In this document: positions 26,384 to 41,055 of the stretch, one piece after another
Position numbering within the stretch: position 1 is the stretch's first letter
How the letters are laid out: every line of letters starts with the position of its first letter
Translations under genes and position numbers: made by a program
Notes under the pieces: model-generated
The model's input: only the letters and a program-made list of their open reading frames with translations
Database searches by the model: none
What the model was told of the DNA's origin: nothing
NCBI RefSeq assembly: GCF_009914755.1
Contig: NC_060928.1
Direction: 5' to 3' (one strand)
DNA length: 64,000 nt
Origin: the human T2T-CHM13v2.0 reference genome, Homo sapiens

Positions 26384-27921
26384 GTAAGATTATTCTAAAT
26401 AACTATTAGGGATGGGAGAAAATGATAATAGAAGTATTCTAAGAGGTAATTTGTTATTGTGATTTGCTGAACTCTTAATGAAGATGGAATTCTGAGATTC
26501 TCTTTTAAGATATTTCATATCACTTTAAGAAGGCCCTCTTAAAGTGATATGACTTCTGTTAACTTTACTTTTTATGAATTATCATATGTATATAAATCTT
26601 TCATATTTTTCTTCCTGTTTGTTAATATTTTATTTTGCCTTTTACTCCTTAATCAATATCAAGGGTTACTGTTGTAATATGTTCTGTTAACTTTTTCTAA
26701 AAGTTGTAAAAATGTTGTTTTCTGTATTATTCTATTTCCAGTAACATTTATGTAGACTTCAGTGAAGTGTGTAACTTAGCTTGTGGAAATTTGGTGCCAA
26801 AAATCTTAAGCTGTCCTGCTTTTCATTTTAGTTTTTACATGCATTGATTGGTAATCTTTTTATGTGGTCCTTTATCTGCCAATATTTGCAACAAATCAAG
26901 GTCTATAATATTTTGAAGACTGAGTACAGAGTGGAGTTACATGGACATCTCTTAAATGGAAAATGGTTTTAGCATAATAAGGATAATTTTACTTTCCTGC
27001 TATTTTCTGAATTATTGAATACTTTGTCACCTAAGAAACGTAATTACAGCTATTGCAATAGCATTAAATTTGTATCTTCTAATATTTTAGTTAATTTAAT
27101 ATTACATTATTTGTTTCAACTGAAATTGAAAAGTGTTTTGTAACAAACTGGAGAATTATCAAATTAAATGATACATCTTAGAATATGTGATCGGTTTTTT
27201 ATTTGGTTAGGTGCATCCTGATTAATCTGTTAATTAGTAAAACTTGCACTGGAAAGCTTTCACTGCTGAATATACAGAGCTAGAGTTAGTTCTTGCCATA
27301 TCTGAAGGAGTCATGTGTAATGTTTACTGCACCAAGATGCAGTTTATTCAAAAAGAATGAACTAAAGCTGGTGTTGAGTGATCCTTCCTCAGTTGTGTGC
27401 CTAAATAGAGCTGAGCTTGGGAGTCAGCTAGTCACCAAGTTTACAAAGAAATATGTATTGTTAATATTTATACTTTGAGGAGAATCAGTCAAAACACAAA
27501 AAAAATGCACTTTGTTTTATGTCTGAAAGTTTTAACCAATTATTACCTAATTTGGCTGTGAAAGTTATAGTTTCTCTGATTAATAATCTGCTCTATTTTT
27601 CTTTCCAACAGCTGTGCTTATAGTATAATAGAAACAAAATGTAGAAATGAAAATATTGTTTCTACTACAAAGTAACTTAAAAAAATTATTTAGCTTTTAG
27701 GTATGTATCTGAGCTGATGACAATTTTGGTTTATTAGACTTTTTCAGTAATTATATGGCTAGCTGTGATTTCGATTCTTAAAGACGGAAAGGAAAAGTAA
27801 AACTGCTACAGCTAGATCTCTATCTAAATCACATATTTTCCCATTAGTGACGTGCTTGAGATTTTTAAGTCACTTTTACTGATTTATTACTGAATAAATT
27901 AAGGTGACTTCTTTGTTTTAG

Positions 27922-28079
27922 GAAGAATTTGGCTATAATGCCGATACCCAGAAACTGCTGGCTAAAAATGGAGAGACTCTTCTTGGGGCCATTAATTTTT
28001 TCATTGCTAGTGTGAACACTTTGGTGAATAAAACCATTGAAGATACATTAATGACTGTGAAACAGTATGAAAGTGCCAG
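27922..28079 (+). CDS. ARFIP1: Arfaptin-1 coding exon ([53 protein letters not shown]), 158 nt, phase 0 to 2
   Basis: Acceptor ttgttttag|GAAGAA, donor GCCAG|gtaagg. Translated by hand; absent from the ORF track. Confidence 0.96.
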
Positions 28080-31000
28080 GTAAGGTATACATTTTCACTG
28101 TGTTGTCTGTTTTACAGATGGCATATAATTCAGTTAATTTTTTGGTTACAAACAACAGAAACCAACTCTGGCCAATATGGGCAGGAAAAAAATGTACTGG
28201 AAAGTTATAGGATGCCTCTACAGACCTGGCAGAAAGGGAGAGAACAAGATTCTGGAAACAACCAAGAACCAAAGCCAAGTTAAGCCTCAGAAGAATCTAA
28301 TTAGAACCCCTATGCTGGGTGCCTCTAGTACTTGATGCTGCCACAGCTACCATAAATAATTTCCTAAATACCCATGAATACTTGCTTCATTGCCTTGAGA
28401 TTATCTAATTGAGCCTTGGTCATGTGCCCAAACCCTGCCTTCTAGTGAGTAGGGAAATGGAGGATCTCCCAGCTCTGGCTTCTTTAGAAGAGGACAGGGC
28501 CCTATGTTCTACCAGGTAGGTATTACATGGTCCTCTATACTCTCGCCTAAATTTACCTTTCATCCTTATTACCACTGCTTCCACAATAGCCAGACCCATA
28601 CTTTCAGTTTCTATTGAATAAATAAGCTCATTTTGCCTCCATGATTTTTGTTTGTTAGGATATCAGTCATCTTCCATTTATCCAGATTATAACAAGCCTT
28701 CAAACCCTTTCAAATTTTACCTTTTATATAAATTAAATATTTGACTTGTATTTTGATAACTGTTCATAATGCAGTGTTTTTATACATCCTATTTTAATGG
28801 GTTTTTGTATATCCATATTCATATATATATGTATATATACAGTTTCCCTGTCTCATAACTATCCTGTTAAATGGTGAACAAAATATATATTAATAAATAT
28901 ATTAATAAATATTTTGAAGGGTCTAAAATATGGCAGACCTATAATAGCCTTTTTCACCTTTTGATTCCAGGCCCAATTTTTTCCCCATATGCCCTACCCC
29001 TTTTATTTAAGTATCATTCTAGTCCCTTTTGAGGTTTTTTTCTTTTGAGCACTCAAAATTCTTATTTTCCATTATACTTTTTATGCATAGTTGAAGATAA
29101 ACTTTACCTTTTAGAAGGATAACTTTACTCTTTGGCCTCTTATCCTAGTTTAATGGTATGAGAAATACCTGTAAAAAACTCCAAACTCATCTAGTATTTT
29201 TGCAATTGAGTGCTTATTAAATATATATTTCCTTACACTTCAATTAAGTAAAAGCCCAAATCATTTTGAAAAGTTAATTTTTGATGTTTTCACAGGAAGA
29301 GATGCTTCTGTCCCATACCATGTTTATTTTGTCATTTTCCATTTAGTATTAAAGTATGAGATTCTTATTGACTTGAAAATGAAGGTCAAACAGCTGTGGT
29401 TGTATGGAGGGGTAAGGGTGAGGATAGCTGTTAGTAAGATAGCCTTCCGTGGAAATCTCTTCAATAACATTCTCAGTAATTGGTGTTTCAGTCTCAGTGT
29501 AAATCCTTTCATGGAAATTATATTTTTCAAAGGGTTCATTATGTATATGAATTTTAAAATTCATTTATATAAGTTTTACTTGATCCTTTTCTAAATTTTT
29601 CTGTTCCTTGTTCATAATGTCCTAATTTGTTCATAATGGTACTGTTTCTTTTATCTCTAATCATTTTAAATATTCATATTTTCTAGTCCTTCTGATTGTT
29701 TTAACATGTATGGGTTTTAAAGATGGATATTGTTTTCTTCCAAAAATACCCCCACCACCTCCTAGTTGAGAACTTTGTGAATCTAGTTTCTCTACTTTGC
29801 AATTGTCTACCTATCCTGAAATATATTTTCGTTAATAATAATCTCTTTCCCTTCAGCTTTTATTTCTAAACAGTTTATAATTAATTTGTAGAGGAGAAAA
29901 CACTCTAGAGGTTAAATGGTTTGCTCACTTGTAGTCAATTTCAAAGGCAAAATAAGAACCCATTGGTTCTCTATGGTTCACATTTTATCAGTAGGCCTTA
30001 TACCTGAGTATTAGTGCCCTAAGTATAATGTGGTATAAGATCTCAGATTATAAAATACAGTATATAGGTTCATTTGGAACTTTTGAACAAAATTATAAAT
30101 CAAGTTACATGTACTTGGTGGCTGGTTTCTTAAGGGAAACCCTTACACAGCCTCTGTGTGTACTTTAAAAAACAACAACAGTAATGTTGTTTTTGTTTTA
30201 TGTCATCCCGTAATTTATCCTTTTTTATTCAAATTACAATGTATGATCTTATTCATTAAGCTTAGCTTGGGGTTTGACTTTTCTGTTGTTTATGAAATAG
30301 CTGTGGAATTGGCTAGTTGTTAACACTAAAACCTTGCCTACTGATGGATAATAGTCAAAAAGAATCCAAGGTTAAAAGTTTTTCAGTAGCTGAATTTCCT
30401 TCTCTGTCAAAGCCAGAATTTACTGACTTTTAGGGCAAGGGTCATCTATTTGATCAGTGCAAAAAGTGGTAATTTAGGCAAATGCCCGAGTGGCCTTTTA
30501 ATCCTCCCTATTATGCATTGTGTACAAGTATTTCCTAGCCCTCTGGTGCTTCATGTATAGAAAATCTTGTAACAGCCCATTCAACACTTCTCCACAGCAG
30601 CACCAACAAGGGAGTCAATTGTGGTCGAGACTTTTCAGATGTGGACACCTGTTCTCTAGAAGTTTTACATAAGCCATAAAGTAACCGTCACTAACTTTGT
30701 TGATACGGACTCAGTTCAGACGGGCAACCTTGAAGTGAAGTTGCTTTTTGAAAACTTAGTGAGCTTCTCTTCTTGGTGGTAATGAGCACTGTTAGAGAAG
30801 CTATTATGGAAAGTTTTACTTTGGTACCACCTACAAACTCTGAATGTAAAATTAAGAAATATAAGGTCAGTATTATAACTTTGAATATGTTTGAGTTAAT
30901 CACTGTTGTTTAGAAATGCGCTCCAAGGCTATTGAAGGATATTTGTCCTTAGATTAAATCACCATGTATTACTATTTATTTAGTTCTACTTTTTTCTCTT

Positions 31001-31279
31001 TTATTTCCTATTGTTTTTAGTGTGCTTGCTTCTAGATACCCCTCTTCTAATTTGGCCATAATAATAAGCATTCTAAAGGTATCAGTTATTACCAGGTATC
31101 CTGTGTGTTTTATCTATATGAAGTTTTTGTGGAGATTTTTGTTCACATTTATAGATTGAAAAACTGGAGCACAAAGAGATGAAATAACCAGCTCAAGAAT
31201 AGAGCCAAAAGGCAGAGAGGTCATTCAGCTTGGCTCCTGAACCCATGGATTTAACTAACTAGTTATTATTGCCAAGTCA

Positions 31280-32052
31280 GTCTTGCCTCCTAAATCTTTT
31301 GTATTTGTCTCCTTAGCTCCAATGCCTTTGTCCTGATTCAGTGACTCATTTCTTATATGTCCATCGTTTTCTAATAGGTTTCCTTGCTCCTGATTTTTTA
31401 ATCATTTATTCTATCCTCCATCTCTTACACTACCACCAGGGTCATCTTTCTATCCTGATACAATCATGTCATTTTTATGTCAGATCAACATTCTTCAGTG
31501 GCTTCCCATTACTTCTCCTACTGGATTAAATTTAAACACTTTAACATGGCCTGTAGGGCTGCTTACTTTCAATCCTGCCTGCCTGTCTAATGTTAATTCC
31601 TTCCATTGTCATGTTCCAGCTTCAGATTCTGACATACCGAATTCCCAAATGTGTCATTGTATCTTACAAATCTATGCCTTTGTCCATGCTATTCTCTTCA
31701 GAATCAGAGTATCCTACTGATTTCTGTATCCCAATTCACCTAGCCAGCTTTTACCATCCTTCAAATTTTAATTATAGTATTTTAATTCTGTCTGAGATAC
31801 CTTTTCAGATATCTAATTAAATAATTATTCCTCTTGATTTCCATTATACCTTACCCTCATTTATGGTAGTTCTTATTATCTCATTTTGTTGTAATTGTTT
31901 ACAAGGTTCTCTTCCTCTAGAATGCGAGCTTCTTGAGGATAAACATATCTGTTCATCTTTATAGCTCTACTTTCTAACACAGTGCCTGGAACGTGGAAAG
32001 TGCTCACTTGAGAATTGTTGAATGAATCAGTGTATCAGTGAATGAATGAATG
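31280..32052 (-). mobile_element. L2 3' fragment
   Basis: Ends acagtgcctgg...gtgctca...ttgttgaatgaat...(gaat)n, the typical L2 terminus. Confidence 0.55.
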
Positions 32053-33331
32053 GTTCTCTTTTGACCCTGAAAGAGGCCAATTAAATTAAATCTTAACTCA
32101 TACTGCTAAATTCAGTATGAGTTAAGAATAAATTAGGATCAGTGTGAAGGACTGATGTATTCTTTCTCAAGTCATATATACAATATAGATTATGTTATTT
32201 AAAGTATTGTTAATTCCCAGAATAGGAGATGTGAATTATACACCTAATATCTCCAAATAAAGAGCTTTAGTTTTAGGGTATAAGCTTTGTGATTCTGATC
32301 TTGACTAAATTAGAGGTCACTTTGCTTCTTCTTTGCTGAGTACCGAATAGTTGAAGCTGCTGGATAAATCACTGTTTAATAAGCAAGATAGTACTATACT
32401 TAGACAGGCACTGTGATAGAGCTATTATGAGGAGTTATGGGATCTTGGAGTGATGACAGTGGTGGGGTAACTATTTGAGTTGATGGGGGGAGAATATCAG
32501 AGTGAGGCATCTTACAGAACACAGGATGGTAAGTGCTCTACAATAGATACTGTTGTTACATTCTGAATACTGATGTTACAGAAATTCATCTAGAGTTGTG
32601 TTGTCAAGTATAGTAGCCACACATGTCTGGTGAGCACTTGAAATGTGGCTAGTCTGAATTGAGATGGGATAGAAGTGTAAAATACACAGTGGATTTCAAA
32701 GACTCACTACCCACTCTCCAAATGTAAAGTACCTATGAATAATTCTGTTACATTGATTACATGCCACAATGATTAATATTTTAGATATATTGGGTAAAAT
32801 GAAATATATTGATAACAGGTGAAATTAATTATTATTTCATTGTAACTACTAGAAAATTTTAAATTACATGTGTTACTCACATTACATTTTTGTTGTGCAT
32901 TGCTAACCCAGACTTTTTTCAGAACCATTTACACTTCCGTTAGTTTTAGTATGCCATTCTAGAGTCTGCTGTCCTTACCTGCTTTGCCTAATCAGTACTA
33001 AGCAATTCACTTGGGGTATTTATTCTACCCTTGATCTTGTTTTGACATTTATTTTTTTTAACTGGTTTTTAGATTTTGGAAATTTTACTTGTCAGTTAAT
33101 ACTGTGCTTTGAGAGAAATAGTTAATGAGATTAACCAGCAGCTTTGTTCTTATTTAAATAGCTCTTTGTTTTTAAAGAAATAATGATTTCAAAAGCGTCA
33201 AGTAGAATATGTGTGAGAATTTTATATATTTTATTGTATAGTATGAGACTGAATATTACGTATTTCCAACCCATTTTTTGAACATACTTTACTGTTCTTG
33301 TAGTATGCTTCACTTACTCTCTTCTTTCCAG

Positions 33332-33506
33332 GATTGAATATGATGCATATCGCACTGATTTGGAAGAACTGAATCTTGGACCACGTGACGCAAACACTCT
33401 GCCAAAGATTGAGCAGTCACAGCATCTCTTCCAAGCACATAAGGAAAAATATGATAAAATGCGCAATGATGTTTCTGTCAAATTGAAATTTCTAGAAGAA
33501 AATAAG
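33332..33506 (+). CDS. ARFIP1: Arfaptin-1 coding exon (IEYDAYRTDLEELNLGPRDANTLPKIEQSQ...LKFLEENK), 175 nt, phase 2 to 0
   Basis: Acceptor cttctttccag|GATTGA, donor AATAAG|gtaaat. ORF 33360..33557; AH-domain motif R-x-EYDAY. Confidence 0.97.
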
Positions 33507-34688
33507 GTAAATTCTTTACCTTCTAAGGTCTTTCTGTGGACTTTGAAGTCACCCTAAAGAGAGATAGTCAGTTTTTCTGTTTCTGTTAACTCTCTTGTAT
33601 GACAATTGCAAGAAGGAATTCCATTTGTAATCAGTGTTTGAGTTTTTAGAAGCATACAAAATATATTTACCTTTCTTTGATAAAAGTTATCAATGCCACC
33701 GTCCCAGTCTTTCACATATAACACATGGCAAAAAGTATTTGATGGACAGCCATTGATCTTTGGATTGGCGTTGATAGCAAGTGCTTTAAAAATTGAAATA
33801 ATGATAGATTATGCTCTGAATATTTTGAAGCTTTTCTATTAATGATAGGTACAGATTTCAGGAAAAGAACTATGGCATTCTTCTCAGCAATTGATAAGTG
33901 AAAAATAGCTAAAAGGTCCAGCTTAGGGCTGCAGTTAGCATAACCTAGGAGAAGGAAGCCAAGAGATCCATTTTCCACATTTTTTTCATATGTGAACACA
34001 TCTAAGGACTAGAGCAACGAGGGCTGAACTGGACCAGCTGTAGGTTTCAGCAGGAAGTGGATTCATATACTAATAGGCTCCTGTGTTTTGGTTTAAGTAA
34101 AAGGATGGTTTCTCATGTTTGACATATCTCTATTACTTGCATATTCAGCTTTGTATGCAGGATTGCAGTTCTGGAAATGGGAAATGAGTGAGCATGGTAC
34201 GGAATAGGTGTAGTGCAGTCCTGAACAGATGGGTCTCACCATTGCACGTTGGTAGTTTTTTCTGTGCATTTCACATCCTGTGAAGTCATGACAGGTCTTC
34301 AACTGTACTCTCTTCCAGGTACCCTCTTAAAATTGTTTTTCAGTTCTCTCAGGAAACAGTCATGTTTATATTCTCCTCCATAACATCAAAGGGCATTTTA
34401 GTAAACTATAACTGTCAGTATCTTATTGTTTTCTTTAACATTTCCTTAGAAACTCTCATGGCTACTATAAAACCTATAAAATAATATATTTCTTTGGGAT
34501 CCACCTAGTCCAGCACTTTCACTGACTTGTTTTTAAGCTGCTATGGGTGAAAATTACTCACCAGAAAACATTATAGTGGCAATAAAGGAAACCTCAGCAG
34601 AGTTGTTAGAAAAATTGCCTGGCATCATTCAGACAGAGCCCAGTGCAGCCTTCTGGTATTCATTAGCTGAGCACATAAGATTGCATTC

Positions 34689-34695
34689 ATTTTAG

Positions 34696-34737
<42 letters not shown>

Positions 34738-35192
34738 ATTTTTGTGTGTGTGTGTATATTTATGTGTATATATAAATATATATACACATAAATATATATA
34801 TACTATATATACATATATATACTATATAGTATATATATGCACTATATATAGTATATATACACTAATATATACTATATAATATATATATGCACTATATATA
34901 GTATATATACACTAATATATACTATATATACTATACTATATATACTATATATTATATACTATACTATATACTATATATACTATATATTATATACTATACT
35001 ATATACTATATATATACTATATATACTATATACTATATATATACTATATATACTATATATACTATATATATACTAATATATAGTGTATGTATACTATATA
35101 TATACTAATATATAGTGTATGTATACTATACATACACTATATATTTTAGTCATATATACATATTTTAGTCATATATATTTAGTCATATATAT
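34689..35192. repeat. AT-rich compound microsatellite: (TA)n, (TG)n and (TATATAC)n-like units
   Basis: Directly visible low-complexity array. Confidence 0.97.
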
Positions 35193-36093
35193 AATGGATG
35201 TGAATATATCAATATTTAGATAATAGACATTGTACATTTTAAATATAAAAATATTTTTGGCATTCCACCCTATCATCACTACACAATAATACTAAAAGAG
35301 GTATGCTAGAAGAATATACGTGTTTGATAGAAAAGTAGACTAACATAGTGAAACATAAGGTTCATGTGATTTAAAGGAAGAGTGAATCAAATGGTAATTG
35401 GAAGCCAGATTATACTAAGCCTTGACCACATACAGACTTTGAATTGTGGCCTTGGAATGTGTACACTGAGCAGGGAGGGAAGAAGGAGACACTTTCGTTT
35501 ACAGAGGGAGGGAAGGAGACACTTTTCATTTATAGAGCCAGGTCGTCTCTATAAATTTTAAATGTCAATCAGATGAATGTTACTTCTGATTTTATCTTGT
35601 AAATATTGAAGAATTTTTAAAGTTGAGAGTAGCAGGAAAAAGTCATTTAGAAAGTCTCTTTCTTTCTTAAGGGAAGAAAGAAAATAGAAGCACATGTACT
35701 AATTAGGGATCTTTTATAGCCAAATGAAATGATTAAGAGCCTGAACTAGGGTCTTTGCAATAGCAGCATGAAGGAAGGAATATGGTGATTTTAAGGCTGC
35801 ACGACAGGGGTCGGAAAACTAAAATGGGAAGCTGGTGTGGCCTGAACGGGGTAAGGGTAAAGGATTGGGAATTTTTTCTGTTTGATCCAGTGTTTAGTTT
35901 GAGATGATGACAGAATACTCAAGTGGAAACAATTGGTAGGAATTTGATGATGTGTGTTTAGAGTTTGGATGAACAGGGTCAGGGCTTCAGATATAAAGGC
36001 TTGGAAGTCATTGCTTTAAGAATAATGTTATTAGTACTATTAAATAAAAATAGAAAATTGCTTCTATTCTCAAGGATTTTATGTTCTTAGATG

Positions 36094-36433
36094 ATGTCTT
36101 CGTCTTTTTGGGCTGCTGTAACAAAATACCATAAACTGAGTAGCTTATAAACAAGAGAGAATTATTTCTTTCAGTTCTAGAGGCTGGGAAGTTCACAATG
36201 AAGGTACCAGTGTCTGGTGAGGGCCCACCTTCTGACTCGTAGATGGCTCCTTGCTATATCCTCACGTGGTGGAACAGGGAGGGGTCCCTCCCATTCCTTT
36301 ATCATGAGGGCACTAATCCCATTTATGAGGACTGTACCTCCCAAAGGTGATTAGTACCTTCTAATACCATCACATTGAGGGTGAAGATTTCAGCATTTGA
36401 ATTTGGCAGGGACACAAACATTCAGACTGCAGC
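36094..36433 (-). mobile_element. MaLR solo LTR (MLT1A/MSTD-like)
   Basis: gggctgctgtaacaaaataccataaactg...gttctagaggctgggaagt...gacacaaacattcagac. Confidence 0.75.
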
Positions 36434-36887
36434 AGATAGCATAGATATTCTTTGTTTTGGCTTTCCACAGTTGTCATCAAGGTTAAGTTTGAATTTGAAC
36501 TGAGTAATCAGCTATGTCTAAAGTAAAATCTATAAAGAAACTTTGGTCTTTGTATATTTTTTATTTAACTCTTCAAAACGATAAGTATTGTCGGACTGTT
36601 CTTTTAAGTAGTAATTGTCATTTAGAAGAAGACAGAGATCCATGAGAGAACTTTTCTTTGTTTTTTTGTTGTTGTTGAGCAACGTTTACTCTTTTTTGTT
36701 TCTTTTAATAGCTTTAAAAAGGAAGGAAAAGCAGGTTTTTAGCCTAGGAACTGTCATCCCTGTTTGCTTTCTTGGTAATTTGAAATGCCTCAAGTCTAGG
36801 TTTTTTGTTCTTTTGTTAAACTAGGTGAATTTGTACCTCAACATCTCTTTTATGTGTGGTTGCCAGGTAATCTACTTAGCACTTTAA

Positions 36888-37217
<330 letters not shown>

Positions 37218-37276
37218 TGAAGAAAACATAGTATACTTTTCCTATTTCTTCCCCCCAACCACTCACCATCCTCTGC

Positions 37277-37418
<142 letters not shown>

Positions 37419-39149
37419 TAACAGGAAGAAATGAAACATCAATGAATGTGCTGTTCTGTAATTTGATAATGTCCTAAAGAGTACTGCAGTATATACACCT
37501 GTTTTTGCAGCTTTTCTCTCTCTCTGTCTCTCTTTTTGGCTTTCTTTTGGTTCTCATGTCATGACTTTTGGAATATCTTTTCATAACACTTCTCTTCTAA
37601 AATGAGAAGCCAGATAACCAAACAACGAGAATAGGGCATAAAGTAAAAGCAAGTAGTCCTTGAGTATGGGACTAAAAGCCAGCCGTGTGACTATAGTAAT
37701 AAGCTTTAGCATTTAGTGTTTTTCTTTGTTCCCTCTTAGAACTTTTTTAAAATTTTGAGACAGATCAGGAGTTAGGTTCTTAGCTATAAAATTGATGTGT
37801 TTATATGTACTTAGTCTAGCCTTTCTTCCGTATGGCAAAAGAAAGAGGTAAGGTATGTAAAATACTCACATTTCTGCATATATGTGTGATAAATGCACCT
37901 AAGGGTATTTGTCATTTACCCTTAATGAAAAACATGTGTTGTTCTACTAGTTATAGTTCGTATTTTCTGTCTCTTCACCCCGTGATTTAGTTGTGTTTGC
38001 CTTTAACCTAAACAATCCTTATTCATCTCTGATATTCTCTTCTTTGTTTACTAAACCACATTGAGTTGTGTAGCAGTAAAGACATAGCTCATTTGTCTTC
38101 TGATATTTCTCCTTTCATCAGTATTTCTTCTTTTTGAGACCTTTAAATAATGTAACTTGAGCTATTTTGTGACTTAAGGCAGTTTGTTTACCTGTTATTG
38201 TTTCTTTCAGAGTTCAAAACAAAACATAGGCTAGTTTAGTAAAGAGAAAGAATAATAGACATTTCTGGTGCTTTGTAGACTTTGTGAGAGTAGATACCAT
38301 GCTTTCTTTTACAGCCCTCATAAAGCCTAGCAATGGTGCAGGTATATAGTACTCATTCAGCAAGTGCATGTTTGCCTTCTTCCCAGAATTAGAGGCGCAC
38401 TACAGGGATTGGAAGGAGAAGGAAGTGAATGAAAGTCAACTCGGAGAGGATAAAAGGCAGAATCCTGATTACCTCACTCTTTGCTTTCATGAGGCCAAAG
38501 CATAGTCTCTCAGAAATGCTTCTGTTTTCTGCAATGTTTTCTGTTTGCATAGAAAGAGGAGGCAAAAAGTTAAAGAAAAATATGCAGATCAATGTAAGCA
38601 ACTCATGTTTTTTTTTTAGATAGCTTTTTATGTGGCTTGGAAGTATAAAGATGTGAAAAAATAGTTGAAGGTTAATTTTTTCTTTAAGGTGACTAATTTA
38701 ACTTGGGAATGATAAATCTCAAGGGCAATGAATATATTGGGAGTGGGATCTGAATGTATCAGAAGATTCAACAAAGCAGTTTGGGGTATAAATATAAAAA
38801 GCAAGGGTTTTATTCTTATTTTAAGAAGTGTAAAATACACTCCTACTCTAAGGTAATGTCAAATTAGCTATAACTATTAAATGCAGGTTTGTTTCATTAT
38901 TATGTTATATTTTAGTGACTTAAAGGATGACAGAGGAGGCAGAAGAAGATGAACCAGACTTGGGATCTATCCTGGACACATATTTGATTTATATAGCTAC
39001 TTAATTTAAAAAAATTTCTTAAAATTTATAGTCATTCCTAATCTTAGATTGATATGAAAACTGTTGTTTTCACTCACAGTGTTTCATATATAATCACAAT
39101 ACAGTAACATTCCTGTATATTAGGATTTCTTTTCTAATATATTATTTAA

Positions 39150-39580
<431 letters not shown>

Positions 39581-40587
39581 TTAAGGAGCATGTTAATACC
39601 TAATGTGCACAAGGAGATAGATACATTCTTGAAATCTCTTTTCCCATTGTCAAAAGAAAAAGAACCCCTATTTCTTCTTGAGTACTTTAAAAATATTCAT
39701 GCCAGTGACTTAATGTCACCTTTACTTCTAAAGCAAAAACAGTAGTACTTCTTGGTGTGTGCTCCTAGGGAAAGTGAGATTAAGTTATATAGGTGAAAGA
39801 ACTACCTGGTTCTAAATTTTAAAATAAGCATTTATGGATTGATGTCTGTAAGCATAACAAGCAACCAGGGAGTTCATAGTGCTGGACACAAAAGAACCTG
39901 CCTTTCAACACTGTGCCAAATATTATTACATACATTTGGATTCTGTGAGTCATTCTCTTATTCATGCAACTTTAATTCCAGACTTAATTTTGGCTGTGAC
40001 TGGTGCTCTCAAGGGAAGGTACATGGTCACTTAAGAGTGGTTGGGGAAGGCCTTCATGAGGGAGTGATGCCGAACACTAACATCACTTAATGTTGAGAAA
40101 GTGAGAAACTGAGAACCAGAGAGTATTCCAGGAAGAAATACCAGCATGTGCAACTGCCTTGTGGCAGGAGAGGGTGTGGTATGGTGAAAGAATGAATGTA
40201 ACTAGAGCCAGTTTGACCAGAGCATAGGGAGACAGCTGGATAGGTAAGTGGTGGCCAGACTATGTAGCCCTGATAGGCCATATTAGGGAAAAGTTTAATA
40301 TCAGTGGGAAGCCCTTGAAATAATTCTTAGCAAATGATAGGTCTAAAATATGGAGGATAGATCTTAGTAGGGCCTAAGAGTAAGTATAGTGGCTTAGACA
40401 AGAAATGGTAGGAAGTTGGATTACAATAGTGATAGTGGAAATGGAGTGAACTGAAGGCTTCAGGAGATATTTAAAAGGTAAAACAAATATAGGTAAAACA
40501 GTAACACAGACTGATGCATAATTAGCACCTTTCACATTTTATTCCTTTATTCAGCAAATATTGATGGAGTGGTCTTTTTATTTGTAT

Positions 40588-41055
40588 TTATTTAGTTATT
40601 TGAGACAGGGTCTCACTGTGTTGCCCAGGCTGGAGTGCAGTGGTGCAGTCATAGCTTACTGTAGTCTTGAACTCCTGGCCATAAATGATCCTCCTACCTC
40701 AGCCTTCCAAGTAACTGAGACTACTGGTACATGCCACTGCACTTGGCCTTTTTTTTTTTTTTTTTTTTTTTTTTTGAGATAGGGTGTTGTTCTGTCATCC
40801 AGGCTAGAGTATAGTGGTGTGATCATGGCTCACTGCAGCCTCTACCTCCCAGGCTCAAGCACTCCTCCCACCTCAGGCTTTAGAGTAGATGGGATGACAG
40901 GCATGTGCTGCTAGGCCTGGATAATTTTTTAATTTTTTTGTAGAGACAGAGTTTCACTATGTTGCCCAGGCTGTTTTCAAACTCCTGGCCTCAAGCAGTC
41001 CTTCTGCCTCAGCCTCCCAAAGAGCTAGGATTATAGGCGTGAGCTGCCATGCCAG
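40588..41055 (-). mobile_element. Tandem antisense Alu monomer (40588-40748) plus AluJ-like dimer (40749-41055), within L2 remnants
   Basis: Two Alu bodies separated by a long T run. Confidence 0.9.

Noticed and set aside
33507-33557. Read-through ORF extension past the exon (VNSLPSKVFLWTLKSP*)
   Set aside because: A good donor AAG|gtaaat is present and I see no convincing nearby poly(A) signal; short read-through is expected by chance.
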